From a virus, in the IMG/VR virus record IMGVR_UViG_3300031975_001631: a DNA stretch of 64,000 bases; one strand, written 5' to 3'. The notes under the pieces are model-generated. The model searched no databases. It saw nothing but the letters and a program-made list of their open reading frames with translations, and was not told the DNA's origin. Both the position numbers and the translations under genes were made by a program. Positions 46,836 through 56,748 of the stretch are shown in pieces; the first letter of the stretch is position 1; each line of letters begins with the position of its first letter.

Positions 46836-48621
46836 TAGATACCTGGATTATTTTACCATATTCAGGAAGATAAAGATACTCGATATCAGAGTTAGCAAGA
46901 GTACGGCAAGCGTCGTCCAAGGTCTCCACCAGAGGTTCACCACCAAGATTAAAAGAGGTATTGAACAAAATCGGACAACCCGTAGCATCATAGAAGGTTT
47001 TGATGAGGTCATAGTAATTCTTGTTCTGTTCTTCAGTAACAGTTTGAATACGACATGTTCCGTCAACATGAATAATAGCTGGGATCTTTTCTTCAATACC
47101 AGGTTGACACTTAACAGCATACATCATGAAGGGAGTATCTTCCATCCCACGCAAATCAAACCATTCGTCAGCATATTCAGCAAGAATAGATCCAGCAAAG
47201 GGACGGAAGTATTCACGATGCTTCACATTATTAACAAAATCTTTACCCTCAGGATCACGGGGATCATAAAGAATAGAACGATTGCCGAGAGCACGAGGAC
47301 CAGCTTCTGATTTTCCTTGGAAAAGTGCGACGATATTCTCATTAGAGATCAAATTAATTACATCGTCATTGTTAGCATCACTTACAATACCACTATACTT
47401 GTCAGCAATATCAATAATCTGCTCAATAGTATAGTTATAGTCAGGACCATAGTACAAATCAGTAATTCTAGAGGGAACTGTTGTTTGTTTCTTACCATTC
47501 AATTGATAATGTACATATAAGGCAGCTCCAATAGCAGTTCCACCATCATTACTGACAGGTTCAACAAAGAGATTGATACCATCTTCTTTCAACTTATCAA
47601 GATACCAATAGTTTGCTACACAATTCAATCCATATCCACCAGAAAGAACAATATTCTTTTTACCAGTGAGTTCAACTGCTTTATAGATTAGCTTCAAAAC
47701 TGCTTCTTGCGTTTCAGTTTGCACTGCATAAGCAAAGTCTCTACGATTCTTAAGTTTGGTCAAATCGTCAGAATCATGATTATTTAAAAAAGGATATTCT
47801 TGAACATTAACATGCCCAGCATTAGGATAAGTAGGAACAATAACATTCCTATCTACTGTTCCAACCTCTTTAAATAGAGTGGGGACTTCTTCGTTAGGTT
47901 CTCCATATGGAAATAATCCCATAGTTTTACCAGCCTCGATAGCATGCCAACCACAGTATTGTGTAGCAGCTTCATATGCTTTTACGATACCTGCAGTTTC
48001 ATCGAGAGTATAAGAGAAGAAACCAGTTTCACCAGGATAAGCCATTGCTGCTTCCATTTCAGGAACATAATTTGTGCAGCAGGGACCACGAGTTCCGAGA
48101 TGTTTATATACAGTATTAATGTCGTTTGGGAACTTACAATTAAAAATAGTTTCAGTTTCCCATACAGTTTCAGTATGCCCCATTACATCAAACTGAATGA
48201 AGGTTCCGGCTCCATCAACTACAAGTGCAGCTGCTTCTTCAAATCCAGACCGATAAAAAGCAGCAGCAGCATGAAGTTTATGGTGAACATTACCAACATC
48301 AACAACTTGAGGATGCATCTTGCTTGGATCTGGTTCTACATCTTTAATCAAACCAAGTTTTCTTGCCATCCCAACATAGATTGCCTCATTGCTATACTCA
48401 AGACTACCACAATCCCTCTCCATTAATTGAGTGTGACCAACAACAAGATAATCAAGTTTATCAGTGTACTTCTGTATCTCTAATAGTGAGGCAATAGGTC
48501 CGCCATCATATTTACGACGAGATAATCTCTCTTCCTCAACAGCAAAAATAAGCTCACCATCTTTCAGAAGACATACTCCAGCGTTGTGTCCGCGAGTGAT
48601 ACCAGCAATCCACTGTGTCAT
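46828..48621 (-). CDS. Carbamoyltransferase, NodU/CmcH family
   Basis: HNAGV...EEERLSRRK, HHKLHA, DGAG, EAGKTMGL, SGGYGLNCVAN, EAGPRALGNRS, FRPFA, RIQTV, FNTSFN. Confidence 0.95.
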   Translation of the reverse strand: MTQWIAGITRGHNAGVCLLKDGELIFAVEEERLSRRKYDGGPIASLLEIQKYTDKLDYLVVGHTQLMERDCGSLEYSNEAIYVGMARKLGLIKDVEPDPSKMHPQVVDVGNVHHKLHAAAAFYRSGFEEAAALVVDGAGTFIQFDVMGHTETVWETETIFNCKFPNDINTVYKHLGTRGPCCTNYVPEMEAAMAYPGETGFFSYTLDETAGIVKAYEAATQYCGWHAIEAGKTMGLFPYGEPNEEVPTLFKEVGTVDRNVIVPTYPNAGHVNVQEYPFLNNHDSDDLTKLKNRRDFAYAVQTETQEAVLKLIYKAVELTGKKNIVLSGGYGLNCVANYWYLDKLKEDGINLFVEPVSNDGGTAIGAALYVHYQLNGKKQTTVPSRITDLYYGPDYNYTIEQIIDIADKYSGIVSDANNDDVINLISNENIVALFQGKSEAGPRALGNRSILYDPRDPEGKDFVNNVKHREYFRPFAGSILAEYADEWFDLRGMEDTPFMMYAVKCQPGIEEKIPAIIHVDGTCRIQTVTEEQNKNYYDLIKTFYDATGCPILFNTSFNLGGEPLVETLDDACRTLANSDIEYLYLPEYGKIIQVSND

Positions 48622-49598
48622 TTACCAAATCCTTTTGTAGGGGTTTCTGTTGTCTCTTTTTTCTTTACCGGTTTTCCAAGTCTATCTCTACAAGACTTTA
48701 ACACACTTTCAATATCATCTTCTGTCATTGCCATACATTCATCATTCTGCATGTCAGCATAGTCTTCCATTGTCAATCTAATGGGAGAGAATGTTCTCTT
48801 ATCCTCTCCCAAATCAATTATATCAAATTGATCGTCATTTGGATAGCTAATATTGATAGGATATGTTGATCCAATCACTGCTGTTACACTAGTATCAGTT
48901 GCAGCTGCAATGTGTTGACCAACAGAATCGCAACCCAAGAAATGATCTGCCCTATTAATAATAGATGTCCAAATACGGACATCAGGAATTTGAGGTAGAA
49001 TAAACGGATACTTAGAATCTCCATCCTCTGTCTGAAATGGGAACTCAGACATTACAATCACACAGTAATCTTTTTTGAGATCATTAACAATCTTACTAAT
49101 ATCTCCAAGACTAAAACTTCTAGATGTTGGGTCAAAAATATACCCACCCTCATCCATTACACCTCTACCAAAAGGTTGAATTACAATAACCTTTTCTTTA
49201 CCAGTAGCTTTAATTGCGTTATCGACTAGTTGAAGACCCTGAATACCCTCATGCTTTGCTAGTTTAATCGTAGGTTTGGGAAGTTCCCTAGGCTCTTCTG
49301 TGCCATTGATTTCCATATCAAATGCTTGAGCAATACTACATTTTTGATTGTAGTAATGCCAACGACGATATGGTTCAGGTGTGACACAATCTCTGTCTTT
49401 GATCTTATCTTCAAAAAGATCTTTATGCCAGTTATCGTATGCGTATTTGTGAAGGACTGGATGGGACTTGTAGAAGTTCATCCCACCCTCACACACAATG
49501 ATAAAATCATCATGTGTTTCTGCATATTTTTCAAAGGCAGGGATGGAGGTGATAACTCTACCAGCTCCTCCATTAATGAAGAATGCTTTTGATCTCAT
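48618..49598 (-). CDS. GT9 (heptosyltransferase)-like glycosyltransferase
   Basis: N-terminal FINGGAGRVI...IP, VIVIQPFG, and DHFLGCDSVGQHIAAA matching the GT9 DSGxxHxAAA motif. Confidence 0.6.
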   Translation of the reverse strand: MRSKAFFINGGAGRVITSIPAFEKYAETHDDFIIVCEGGMNFYKSHPVLHKYAYDNWHKDLFEDKIKDRDCVTPEPYRRWHYYNQKCSIAQAFDMEINGTEEPRELPKPTIKLAKHEGIQGLQLVDNAIKATGKEKVIVIQPFGRGVMDEGGYIFDPTSRSFSLGDISKIVNDLKKDYCVIVMSEFPFQTEDGDSKYPFILPQIPDVRIWTSIINRADHFLGCDSVGQHIAAATDTSVTAVIGSTYPINISYPNDDQFDIIDLGEDKRTFSPIRLTMEDYADMQNDECMAMTEDDIESVLKSCRDRLGKPVKKKETTETPTKGFGK

Positions 49599-49624
49599 AC
49601 TAATTTGGTCAACAAAGTATATAG

Positions 49625-50362
49625 TTATAAAAAGAAAACCTGATTCACTCGATCATGTTCGGTGAACATCCCATGATCAATGTTCTGCGAGTGCATCACA
49701 TCAGATTCATAAAAGATACATCTATTATACACCATTTCAGCCTCATATTCAACTCTCCACTCCCTATCACCATACAACCACTTTCTGATGTATGGAAAAC
49801 ATTGTTCGGGTCTTGTAACCTCATCATCAAATCCCTCGGGTTTGTCAATATATTCCGTTACCTTATATGGAAGAGACATCTGCCCCTTGTACGAATATAA
49901 ATTTGTACCACCTTGACATTCTTCTGGAGTATTCAAATAAATCACTGCGCCAAACTGATTGGATTCTGTAGTAAGCTCTTGCAGATATGAATCTTGATGA
50001 GGAATATTGAACCATGGTGCATGAAATGCACTATCATAATTCATAACATTACACATGAATCCAACAGTATCCCACTGGAATTCATATGATTGTTTATCAA
50101 TATTCTTAGACCATAGAGAATTGTCTAAACAATACTCATCAAAAAAGGGTTTAAGATTCTTCTTTACTTCTGAAGTCTCTTTGAATATTCTTTGACCAGG
50201 AAGATCGCCTATTAAACTCTCATTTGTTTTTCTCTCTAAGCTTAAAGAGAGATTTCTTATTTCGTCTGGATTTTTATAAAAATTATCGGCAATTATAATC
50301 GTTCTATTTTGCGGTCCTACTCTCTTAACACTAACATCAAGATTTTCATTAAGTTCAAACAT
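49625..50362 (-). CDS. DUF6445-like 2OG-Fe(II) oxygenase
   Basis: IIADNFYKNPD, PHQD, AVIYLN...GGTNLY, YNRCIFY, H, RVNQVFF. Confidence 0.75.
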   Translation of the reverse strand: MFELNENLDVSVKRVGPQNRTIIIADNFYKNPDEIRNLSLSLERKTNESLIGDLPGQRIFKETSEVKKNLKPFFDEYCLDNSLWSKNIDKQSYEFQWDTVGFMCNVMNYDSAFHAPWFNIPHQDSYLQELTTESNQFGAVIYLNTPEECQGGTNLYSYKGQMSLPYKVTEYIDKPEGFDDEVTRPEQCFPYIRKWLYGDREWRVEYEAEMVYNRCIFYESDVMHSQNIDHGMFTEHDRVNQVFFL

Positions 50363-50381
50363 TTTATAAAATCCTAAAAAT

Positions 50382-50412
50382 CAAAAAAAATTCCGGGGAA
50401 AATTTCCCCGAA
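50382..50412 (-). terminator. Rho-independent terminator
   Basis: CGGGGAA-ATT-TTCCCCG plus T-tract after the Cys-rich gene. Confidence 0.7.
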
Positions 50413-50440
50413 ATTATGGAATTAAAAAGTCAATTTCGTT

Positions 50441-51322
50441 TCAGGACCAAGTTGTAACAACAACCAGTCCACCACCACCCCAGTCACCCCAGCATTGACT
50501 GCCTTGGGTAGATCCAGAGAATCCACCGCCACCAGGGAACAACGAAGGTGAAGAACAACATCCTCTACTGTTACCATAGGAGCAGCGAGTTACACCAAAG
50601 TTTCTATCTGTGGACCAAGGACCAACTGGAGAAGATGCAACTGCAAAGTCGTCCGAGTGACAACTATACGATTTAAATTCACCACCGGACAAACCACAAA
50701 TGTAGAATTCGTTTTCTGGGTTTGCTGTATCAGGCTTAGATTGTCCATCAGGCCAAGAAGCAGAGCAAGCGTTATAACAATTGTTTCTTTGTGCTTGCTT
50801 TGCACAGGCATAACAAGAAGCAACTGTACACTTTTGGTTAGAGTAAGATCCGCCCTGCATACAGAAGGTTCCTAATCCACCACCTAAGACGAAAGAAGGG
50901 CACCCATAGAATCCACAACCGGTTCTACCGTGACAACAACCACAGCAGGAACACCTACTAGTAGATCCCGAACAAATTGTAAACTGAGTAGATCCAGCGA
51001 CAAAATGACCACAGTTAGCGTACTGCATCTTGGTGGCATAACCACCACCACCGCCACCCATACCAGCACCGTTGCCGCAGCAACGACCACCTGCACCTGA
51101 TCCACCACCAGATACAATTTCAAATTGAATAGTGGTTACTTTTTCTGGTACGGTCCAGAGGTAACAACATCCACCATTACATGGGACATTATGACAACAG
51201 TTATAATAGAAGCTTCGACAAACATTACCCGTAGATACGCCCGTTACTTTAGTTGGACCTACAGTTCCGTTAATAAATGCATCATCAGCATCAATTTTTT
51301 TATAGGTCTGATAATCCGCCAT
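50441..51322 (-). CDS. Cys/Gly-rich tail-fibre-associated protein, copy A (29 Cys)
   Basis: GGGSGAGG...GGGGGGY and GGGGLVVVT glycine-rich domain; hand count of Cys. Confidence 0.75.
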   Translation of the reverse strand: MADYQTYKKIDADDAFINGTVGPTKVTGVSTGNVCRSFYYNCCHNVPCNGGCCYLWTVPEKVTTIQFEIVSGGGSGAGGRCCGNGAGMGGGGGGYATKMQYANCGHFVAGSTQFTICSGSTSRCSCCGCCHGRTGCGFYGCPSFVLGGGLGTFCMQGGSYSNQKCTVASCYACAKQAQRNNCYNACSASWPDGQSKPDTANPENEFYICGLSGGEFKSYSCHSDDFAVASSPVGPWSTDRNFGVTRCSYGNSRGCCSSPSLFPGGGGFSGSTQGSQCWGDWGGGGLVVVTTWS

Positions 51323-51327
51323 AATAA

Positions 51328-52071
51328 TTAGGCTCCTACAGTGCTAGTATCAGTAGAATCCAATCCAGTCTCAGGAGAATCTCCAGTAAATGCGTCACGA
51401 TCACCAGGCTCTCTAGGCCATACGATCAGATAAGTATTGTTACCAACACTACTCCAAGTATCTGGCAAGTCTCTCAACTTTTGACGATATGTTGTCCACT
51501 CACTAACAAAACCTGCTGGAGCGTCTGCAGGAATTTTATCATCAGATTGTGCAAGTAAGATATCTCTTGTTCTTCTTACTTCTTCCCATCCAAAGGAATG
51601 ACTAGCAGATTCATCTTCTAGATCAATTTCTGTGTGGGGACCAGAGAATCTACCTGTATTCCAAAGACTAGTCTCAAAATTATAACCGAATGAGCACATA
51701 TCATATACTTCATTGAAGTAAAGATAGTTAGGAATGATTGGGTTAGGCTCCGAATCAGGACCAGCAGGAGTTTCAATCAGTTCTGGAGGAAGAATACCTC
51801 CATACATTGCAACTGCATTCATAGGATGAGTATCAGCATTAAGCTCAACAACTCTTGCCCCAGCTGGAGGATCTCTGTCTTCACCAGGATCAGATGGGAA
51901 AGAATGCTCTACTTCCCACTTAGGATCAGCATCTGTTCCATTATTCATATACCAGAAAGTAATCCTATCTGGTCCAGTATATGTACAGATACCACTTCTA
52001 TTTGTGTCCTGAGTATCGCCATACCACTCGGTAGGTACAGGATAAACAATTGTTTTAGTAATTTGCGCCAT
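51328..52071 (-). CDS. Tail fibre assembly chaperone-like protein
   Basis: WEEVRRTRDILLAQSD...WTTYRQKLRDLP...VWP. Confidence 0.75.
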   Translation of the reverse strand: MAQITKTIVYPVPTEWYGDTQDTNRSGICTYTGPDRITFWYMNNGTDADPKWEVEHSFPSDPGEDRDPPAGARVVELNADTHPMNAVAMYGGILPPELIETPAGPDSEPNPIIPNYLYFNEVYDMCSFGYNFETSLWNTGRFSGPHTEIDLEDESASHSFGWEEVRRTRDILLAQSDDKIPADAPAGFVSEWTTYRQKLRDLPDTWSSVGNNTYLIVWPREPGDRDAFTGDSPETGLDSTDTSTVGA

Positions 52072-52101
52072 TGCTAAAATGTACTCCGTTGTAAGTATTT
52101 A

Positions 52102-52980
52102 TCAGGACCAAGTTGTAACAACTACGAGACCGCCGCCGCCCCAGTCACCCCAGCATTGACCACCTTGACTCGCACCACTAAATCCACCACCACCAGGGAA
52201 CAACGAAGGTGAAGAACAACATCCTCTAGTGTCACCAGTGGAGCAACGACCTACTCCAAAGTTTCTTCCACTTGTCCAAGGACCAACTGGAGAAGATGCA
52301 ACTGAAAATGATCTTGAGTGACAGTTAACATGCTTCAGTTCACCACCGGACAAACCACAAATATAGAATTCGTTTTCTGGGTTTGCTGAATCAGGCTTAG
52401 ATTGTCCATCAGGCCAAGAAGCAGAGCAAGCAGTAAGACAGTTGGTTCTTTGTGCTACTTTCAGGCAAGCGTAGCAACTATTAGTGCATCTCTGCGATGC
52501 GAAAGATCCACCTTGCATACAGAAGGTTCCTAATCCACCACCTAAGACGAAAGAAGGGCACCCATAGAATCCACAACCGGTTCTGCCATGGCAACATCCA
52601 CAACAAGAACATCTGCTACTGGAACCAGCACAAACAGTAAACTGAGTAGATCCAGCGACAAAATGACCACAGTTAGCGTACTGCATTTTAGTAGCGTAAC
52701 CGCCGCCGCCTCCACCCATGCCAGGTCCATTACCACAGCAACGGCCACCTGCACCTGATCCGCCACCAGATATAATTTCAAATTGAATCGTAGTTACTTT
52801 TTCTGGTACGGTCCAAAGGTAGCAGCAACCGCCATTACATGGGACATTATGGCAACAGTTAAAATAAAAGCTTCTACAAACATTACCTGTAGATACGCCC
52901 GTTACCTTACCGGGTCCAATGGTTCCATCAATAACTGCATCAGAGGCATCGATTTTTTTATAGGTTTGATAGTCAGCCAT
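52102..52980 (-). CDS. Cys/Gly-rich tail-fibre-associated protein, copy B (29 Cys)
   Basis: Near-identical paralogue of 50441..51322. Confidence 0.75.
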   Translation of the reverse strand: MADYQTYKKIDASDAVIDGTIGPGKVTGVSTGNVCRSFYFNCCHNVPCNGGCCYLWTVPEKVTTIQFEIISGGGSGAGGRCCGNGPGMGGGGGGYATKMQYANCGHFVAGSTQFTVCAGSSSRCSCCGCCHGRTGCGFYGCPSFVLGGGLGTFCMQGGSFASQRCTNSCYACLKVAQRTNCLTACSASWPDGQSKPDSANPENEFYICGLSGGELKHVNCHSRSFSVASSPVGPWTSGRNFGVGRCSTGDTRGCCSSPSLFPGGGGFSGASQGGQCWGDWGGGGLVVVTTWS

Positions 52981-53031
52981 TGTTTATATTCTTAATGGTG
53001 AAATTCGTAATAGTATTTATGAAAACATAAT

Positions 53032-53057
53032 AAAAAGAAGGGAGATTGCTCTCCCTT
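53032..53057 (-). terminator. Rho-independent terminator
   Basis: GGGAGA-GCAA-TCTCCC plus CTTCTTTTT. Confidence 0.75.
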
Positions 53058-53067
53058 GTGATATGAA

Positions 53068-56000
53068 TCAGATGGTGATGATTCTCCATCCTTGTGATCC
53101 ATCATAGTATACCAATTCAAATGCCGCGCCTTCAGTAGATACAACCAAGTCAGCAGCGTCACCCATGATTGGTTCACCATTTCTACCAATTGTAAGGTTG
53201 TTAGTATCAAATGTCTTGGCGATATCAAAGATTCTAATGGAGTCACCCTTAACAGGAGATAAAGGTAAAGTGACAGTGAATGAACCACCACTAGTATTAC
53301 ACCAAGCTTGCTGTCTATTTGCCAATGTAGTTCCATCAGCACTGACATCTACATTAGCGTAAGCACCTAGAGGCAACCAACTAGATCCGTTATAGAATTC
53401 AAATCCATCAGCATCAGTATCGTAACGAAGACCACCTTCGATCAGATCAACACCAGTTGGACGAGAGGCTTGAGCACCACGAGGAGGAACCAGGATACCA
53501 GAAGTGGAATCCATCTTACCGCGAGTGAGGAAGCCACGAACTGCTTTCTCAGTAGGACATGCACTGTTAGAGTCGCCAGACAGGAATTCGTCCGAGGAGA
53601 ATTCGTTGACTGCTTCACCAATCTGACCACCAATGGCACCCAGTCTCAGTTCAGAAAGACCTGACAGGTTGAATGCGGAAGCATCCAGGGTAGCAGCACC
53701 AGTCAACTGGTTAACAGAGAAGTATTCACCAACTCTGAAGTTACCGCCTTGGTCAGTAGATACGAAGAAGATCTTACCAGTATTCAGTACAGTTGTCTCG
53801 TTACCCTGAGAAGCTGTGTTCTCATCAACAGTTGGATAATTAGTTTGTGAGGTGTTACCTGTACCAATTAGCAGGAAGTCATGACCTGTGAGACGAACCT
53901 TGGAGAACTTAGATCTCATCAAGAACTCTTGATCATCAAACGAAGCAGGAGCAGATCCTTTAACTGGTGCAATGTTGATCGTTGCACGACCAGATGCAAA
54001 GTCATATGCAGAAACTGTTCTAATAATGTAACTAATTGAATCGGAGAATCCCAATCCAACTGTAGTGAATCCAATCGCATCACCAACAAGTGGTGTTGTA
54101 CTCAGTCCGACTACTTCAAATAGTCCATCTTTCTGTCCGCCAACGGCGTTAGATGCAGATGCAATCTTAACATATCCTGTAGCACCAGCACCAACACTGT
54201 CAAATTCAATGAACTCACCAGGTGTGAAGACAGTAGTACCAACACCAACAGCACCGTTAGCACCATCGGGGTTACCAAATCCAGCATTGTACTTAAAGTA
54301 CAGTTGATCACCAGCGATCTGATTGTTTGTAACAACAGCACGAGCTCCTGATACAGTACCACGCATCGTAGCACCAACAGAGATAGTACCAGCAGAAGTA
54401 CCAACTTGGGTAGACATCTTGTCACCATAGAGGCGACCAGGACGAGCAGATTCTAGTGTGGAGAATCCAACAGCCAATGCACCGTAGTTACCATAGGAGT
54501 TGTTACCTGAGAGAGATCTGATTTCAGATCCATCATCAGAAACATAACCGAAAGCACAGTAGTAAGTGAAGGAAGAAACAATTTCAGCAAGAGCATCGTC
54601 TTCAAGCCAGAAACCTACGCCACCGGAGTGAATGTTGGTAAAGGCATCGAATACCATCGATTTACCACCTCTACCCTCTCGTGCTTGCCTGGCTTCGTGA
54701 ACACCACCCTCAATAAAGACACCAATAGCACCTTGATGTCCAGTGCCGTCAATACACAGGTTAGAGAAGGCAGTACAGTCTTTGATGTAGGGTGAACGCT
54801 CAAGGATAGGAGTATCAGGATTAAGTCTGAAGTAAACACCGCAAGATGTAGTACCTACACCAACCTTGGGTTGCCACTTATCAGTATTGAAAGCATCATT
54901 AGTGTCATAATTAAATCCTTGCAGACCACGCATCGTGATTGCCTGAACCGTAGTAGAGTCAGACACGAAGAACATCGTCTGACGGCTATTAGGAACAAGA
55001 CCGTCAGTGGAAACACCAGGTGCTGGTTCAACAGTCGTTCCTCTCAGGACATCACCGGCAATGGAGAAGTTCTTAGGTAGAGTAATAGGAAGCTGTTCAC
55101 TGAATACACCAGCAGACAACTTAAGAATGATAGGAGATACATCAGTAACCTCACCACCACTCACATAAGTATGAGCAATAGTAGAGATGCCAACATTAGT
55201 TACGAAACTGTTGGAATCATTAACGGCGTCAACTCTAAAGAAGAATCCTTGTGTACCATCAGGGAAGATAGTAGTTGTAACACCAGCATGTGCCTGAGCA
55301 CAAGTGAATGCAATACCCTGAAGTTTAACCTGACCCTGAGGGAACAAACCATGGGCAGCAGCAGTAACTGTTGCAATACCACTGGTTTCATCATAAACAA
55401 AGTTTGTGATATCCCTTCTGGTTTGACCAGCAGTAGAAGCATAAGCAATTGAACCCCAAGCATTGTCTGGGGTAAGACCTGTGTTATTATTACTACCCTG
55501 CTGTGCATCAACATAGTATACCTTGGTGCGAAGACCAGGATACTGCCACTCAATCTCATCGCCAGAAGAGACTCTTAGATATGTGCCTTGCGTACCAATA
55601 CCCTGTCTCGTAGGTCCAGTACCATCTCTGGTAAGCAAGTCACCTTTGGTTGTCAGCAGTGCTGCGCTGTCACCGATAGCGAACGCTGCCCACATGCTAA
55701 CAGCAGTACCAGGTTGAACATTAATGTTCGATGAAGCTACCGAGATGTAAGCAGAGGATGAATACTCGGCAACATCACCGATCTCATATACACTAGAACC
55801 ACTCCAGGTACTTCTCCAGTTAAATCCTCTAGCTAACAGAGACCAACCATTAGTACCAGTATCAATGGTAGTAATAGCAGTACCGACAGGTCGGTTGTCT
55901 CCAAGAATCTTAACTTGGTCAGCAATATAAGTATTACCACCAAGGGTTACAATCTCACCACGAGCATAGATCTCATTAGGATCGTAGGTAGTACCTGCTC

Positions 56001-56736
56001 CAGTACCAATACCACCAACAAGAACTGACCACTGATCAGCGTTTTCGTTAGGTTGAGCACCTTTAGGGTTAGTACCGATAGCAACATAAGATGCACCGAT
56101 GTACTCTACAATATCCCCCCTTTCATAGCGGGTATTTGCATTGTAAAGACCTTCATTAGTGAAGGCTTTATTAAAGTCTGTAAAATTAGATGCTGGAGGA
56201 TAGAAACCATCCGAACCTACTCCAGTAGGATCATGGAAACTAGTAGAAACCCCCTGCATTGTAAAGTCGCTAGCGACTTGGAAGGGAACAATTGTACGAT
56301 ACTCTTGTCCACCATACTTAACAACATCATTGATGCCATAATAAGTGGCAGTTGTAAAAGCACCTCGGAAGTTCAGTCCCTCAGCATAGAGATCCCAGTA
56401 TGCTGGGAAATCAGAACTGTACCAGTTGCTTTGTACACCAACTGACACATGTTGTGCCGTACAGATATATTGATTACCGCCTTCCTTGACGATATCGTTT
56501 ACAACATATCCGGTGCTAACTGTCCACTCGCCAGCATAGTTCTGACCCTCTGTATGGAGGTCCCAGTTGGCACTATCGTTTGGAAATCCAGTAGAACTGG
56601 CATCTGAAGTATGATTTGTTGTACAAACATAACTGCTGGCACCGTATCTAACGATGTCATCAATAATGAATGCGGTAGAAGCTGTCCAGGCACCACGCCA
56701 GTTAAATTTCAGTCTACCAAGTCTAAATTCTGCCAT
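53068..56736 (-). CDS. Tail fibre with carbohydrate-binding-type repeats and probable beta-helix
   Basis: Repeated W-x-x-x-T-x-Y-x-x-x-D-x-V-x-Y-G-G-x-x-Y-x-C modules; GVF.EQLPI.LP..SI.GD..R.T..P; C-terminal TLP...GD.I...W domain. Confidence 0.8.
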   Translation of the reverse strand: MAEFRLGRLKFNWRGAWTASTAFIIDDIVRYGASSYVCTTNHTSDASSTGFPNDSANWDLHTEGQNYAGEWTVSTGYVVNDIVKEGGNQYICTAQHVSVGVQSNWYSSDFPAYWDLYAEGLNFRGAFTTATYYGINDVVKYGGQEYRTIVPFQVASDFTMQGVSTSFHDPTGVGSDGFYPPASNFTDFNKAFTNEGLYNANTRYERGDIVEYIGASYVAIGTNPKGAQPNENADQWSVLVGGIGTGAGTTYDPNEIYARGEIVTLGGNTYIADQVKILGDNRPVGTAITTIDTGTNGWSLLARGFNWRSTWSGSSVYEIGDVAEYSSSAYISVASSNINVQPGTAVSMWAAFAIGDSAALLTTKGDLLTRDGTGPTRQGIGTQGTYLRVSSGDEIEWQYPGLRTKVYYVDAQQGSNNNTGLTPDNAWGSIAYASTAGQTRRDITNFVYDETSGIATVTAAAHGLFPQGQVKLQGIAFTCAQAHAGVTTTIFPDGTQGFFFRVDAVNDSNSFVTNVGISTIAHTYVSGGEVTDVSPIILKLSAGVFSEQLPITLPKNFSIAGDVLRGTTVEPAPGVSTDGLVPNSRQTMFFVSDSTTVQAITMRGLQGFNYDTNDAFNTDKWQPKVGVGTTSCGVYFRLNPDTPILERSPYIKDCTAFSNLCIDGTGHQGAIGVFIEGGVHEARQAREGRGGKSMVFDAFTNIHSGGVGFWLEDDALAEIVSSFTYYCAFGYVSDDGSEIRSLSGNNSYGNYGALAVGFSTLESARPGRLYGDKMSTQVGTSAGTISVGATMRGTVSGARAVVTNNQIAGDQLYFKYNAGFGNPDGANGAVGVGTTVFTPGEFIEFDSVGAGATGYVKIASASNAVGGQKDGLFEVVGLSTTPLVGDAIGFTTVGLGFSDSISYIIRTVSAYDFASGRATINIAPVKGSAPASFDDQEFLMRSKFSKVRLTGHDFLLIGTGNTSQTNYPTVDENTASQGNETTVLNTGKIFFVSTDQGGNFRVGEYFSVNQLTGAATLDASAFNLSGLSELRLGAIGGQIGEAVNEFSSDEFLSGDSNSACPTEKAVRGFLTRGKMDSTSGILVPPRGAQASRPTGVDLIEGGLRYDTDADGFEFYNGSSWLPLGAYANVDVSADGTTLANRQQAWCNTSGGSFTVTLPLSPVKGDSIRIFDIAKTFDTNNLTIGRNGEPIMGDAADLVVSTEGAAFELVYYDGSQGWRIITI

Positions 56737-56748
56737 TGTAGGTTCTCG

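Larger units (their letters stand above)
50441..52980. repeat. Imperfect direct repeat of about 880 bp (the two Cys-rich genes)
   Basis: Colinear end to end; 71-bp identical block at 50856-50926 and 52514-52584. Confidence 0.9.

Noticed and set aside
50441-52980. Diversity-generating retroelement template/variable repeat pair
   Set aside because: Differences between the copies are not adenine-specific, include synonymous changes and an indel, both copies are full genes, and no reverse transcriptase is in the window
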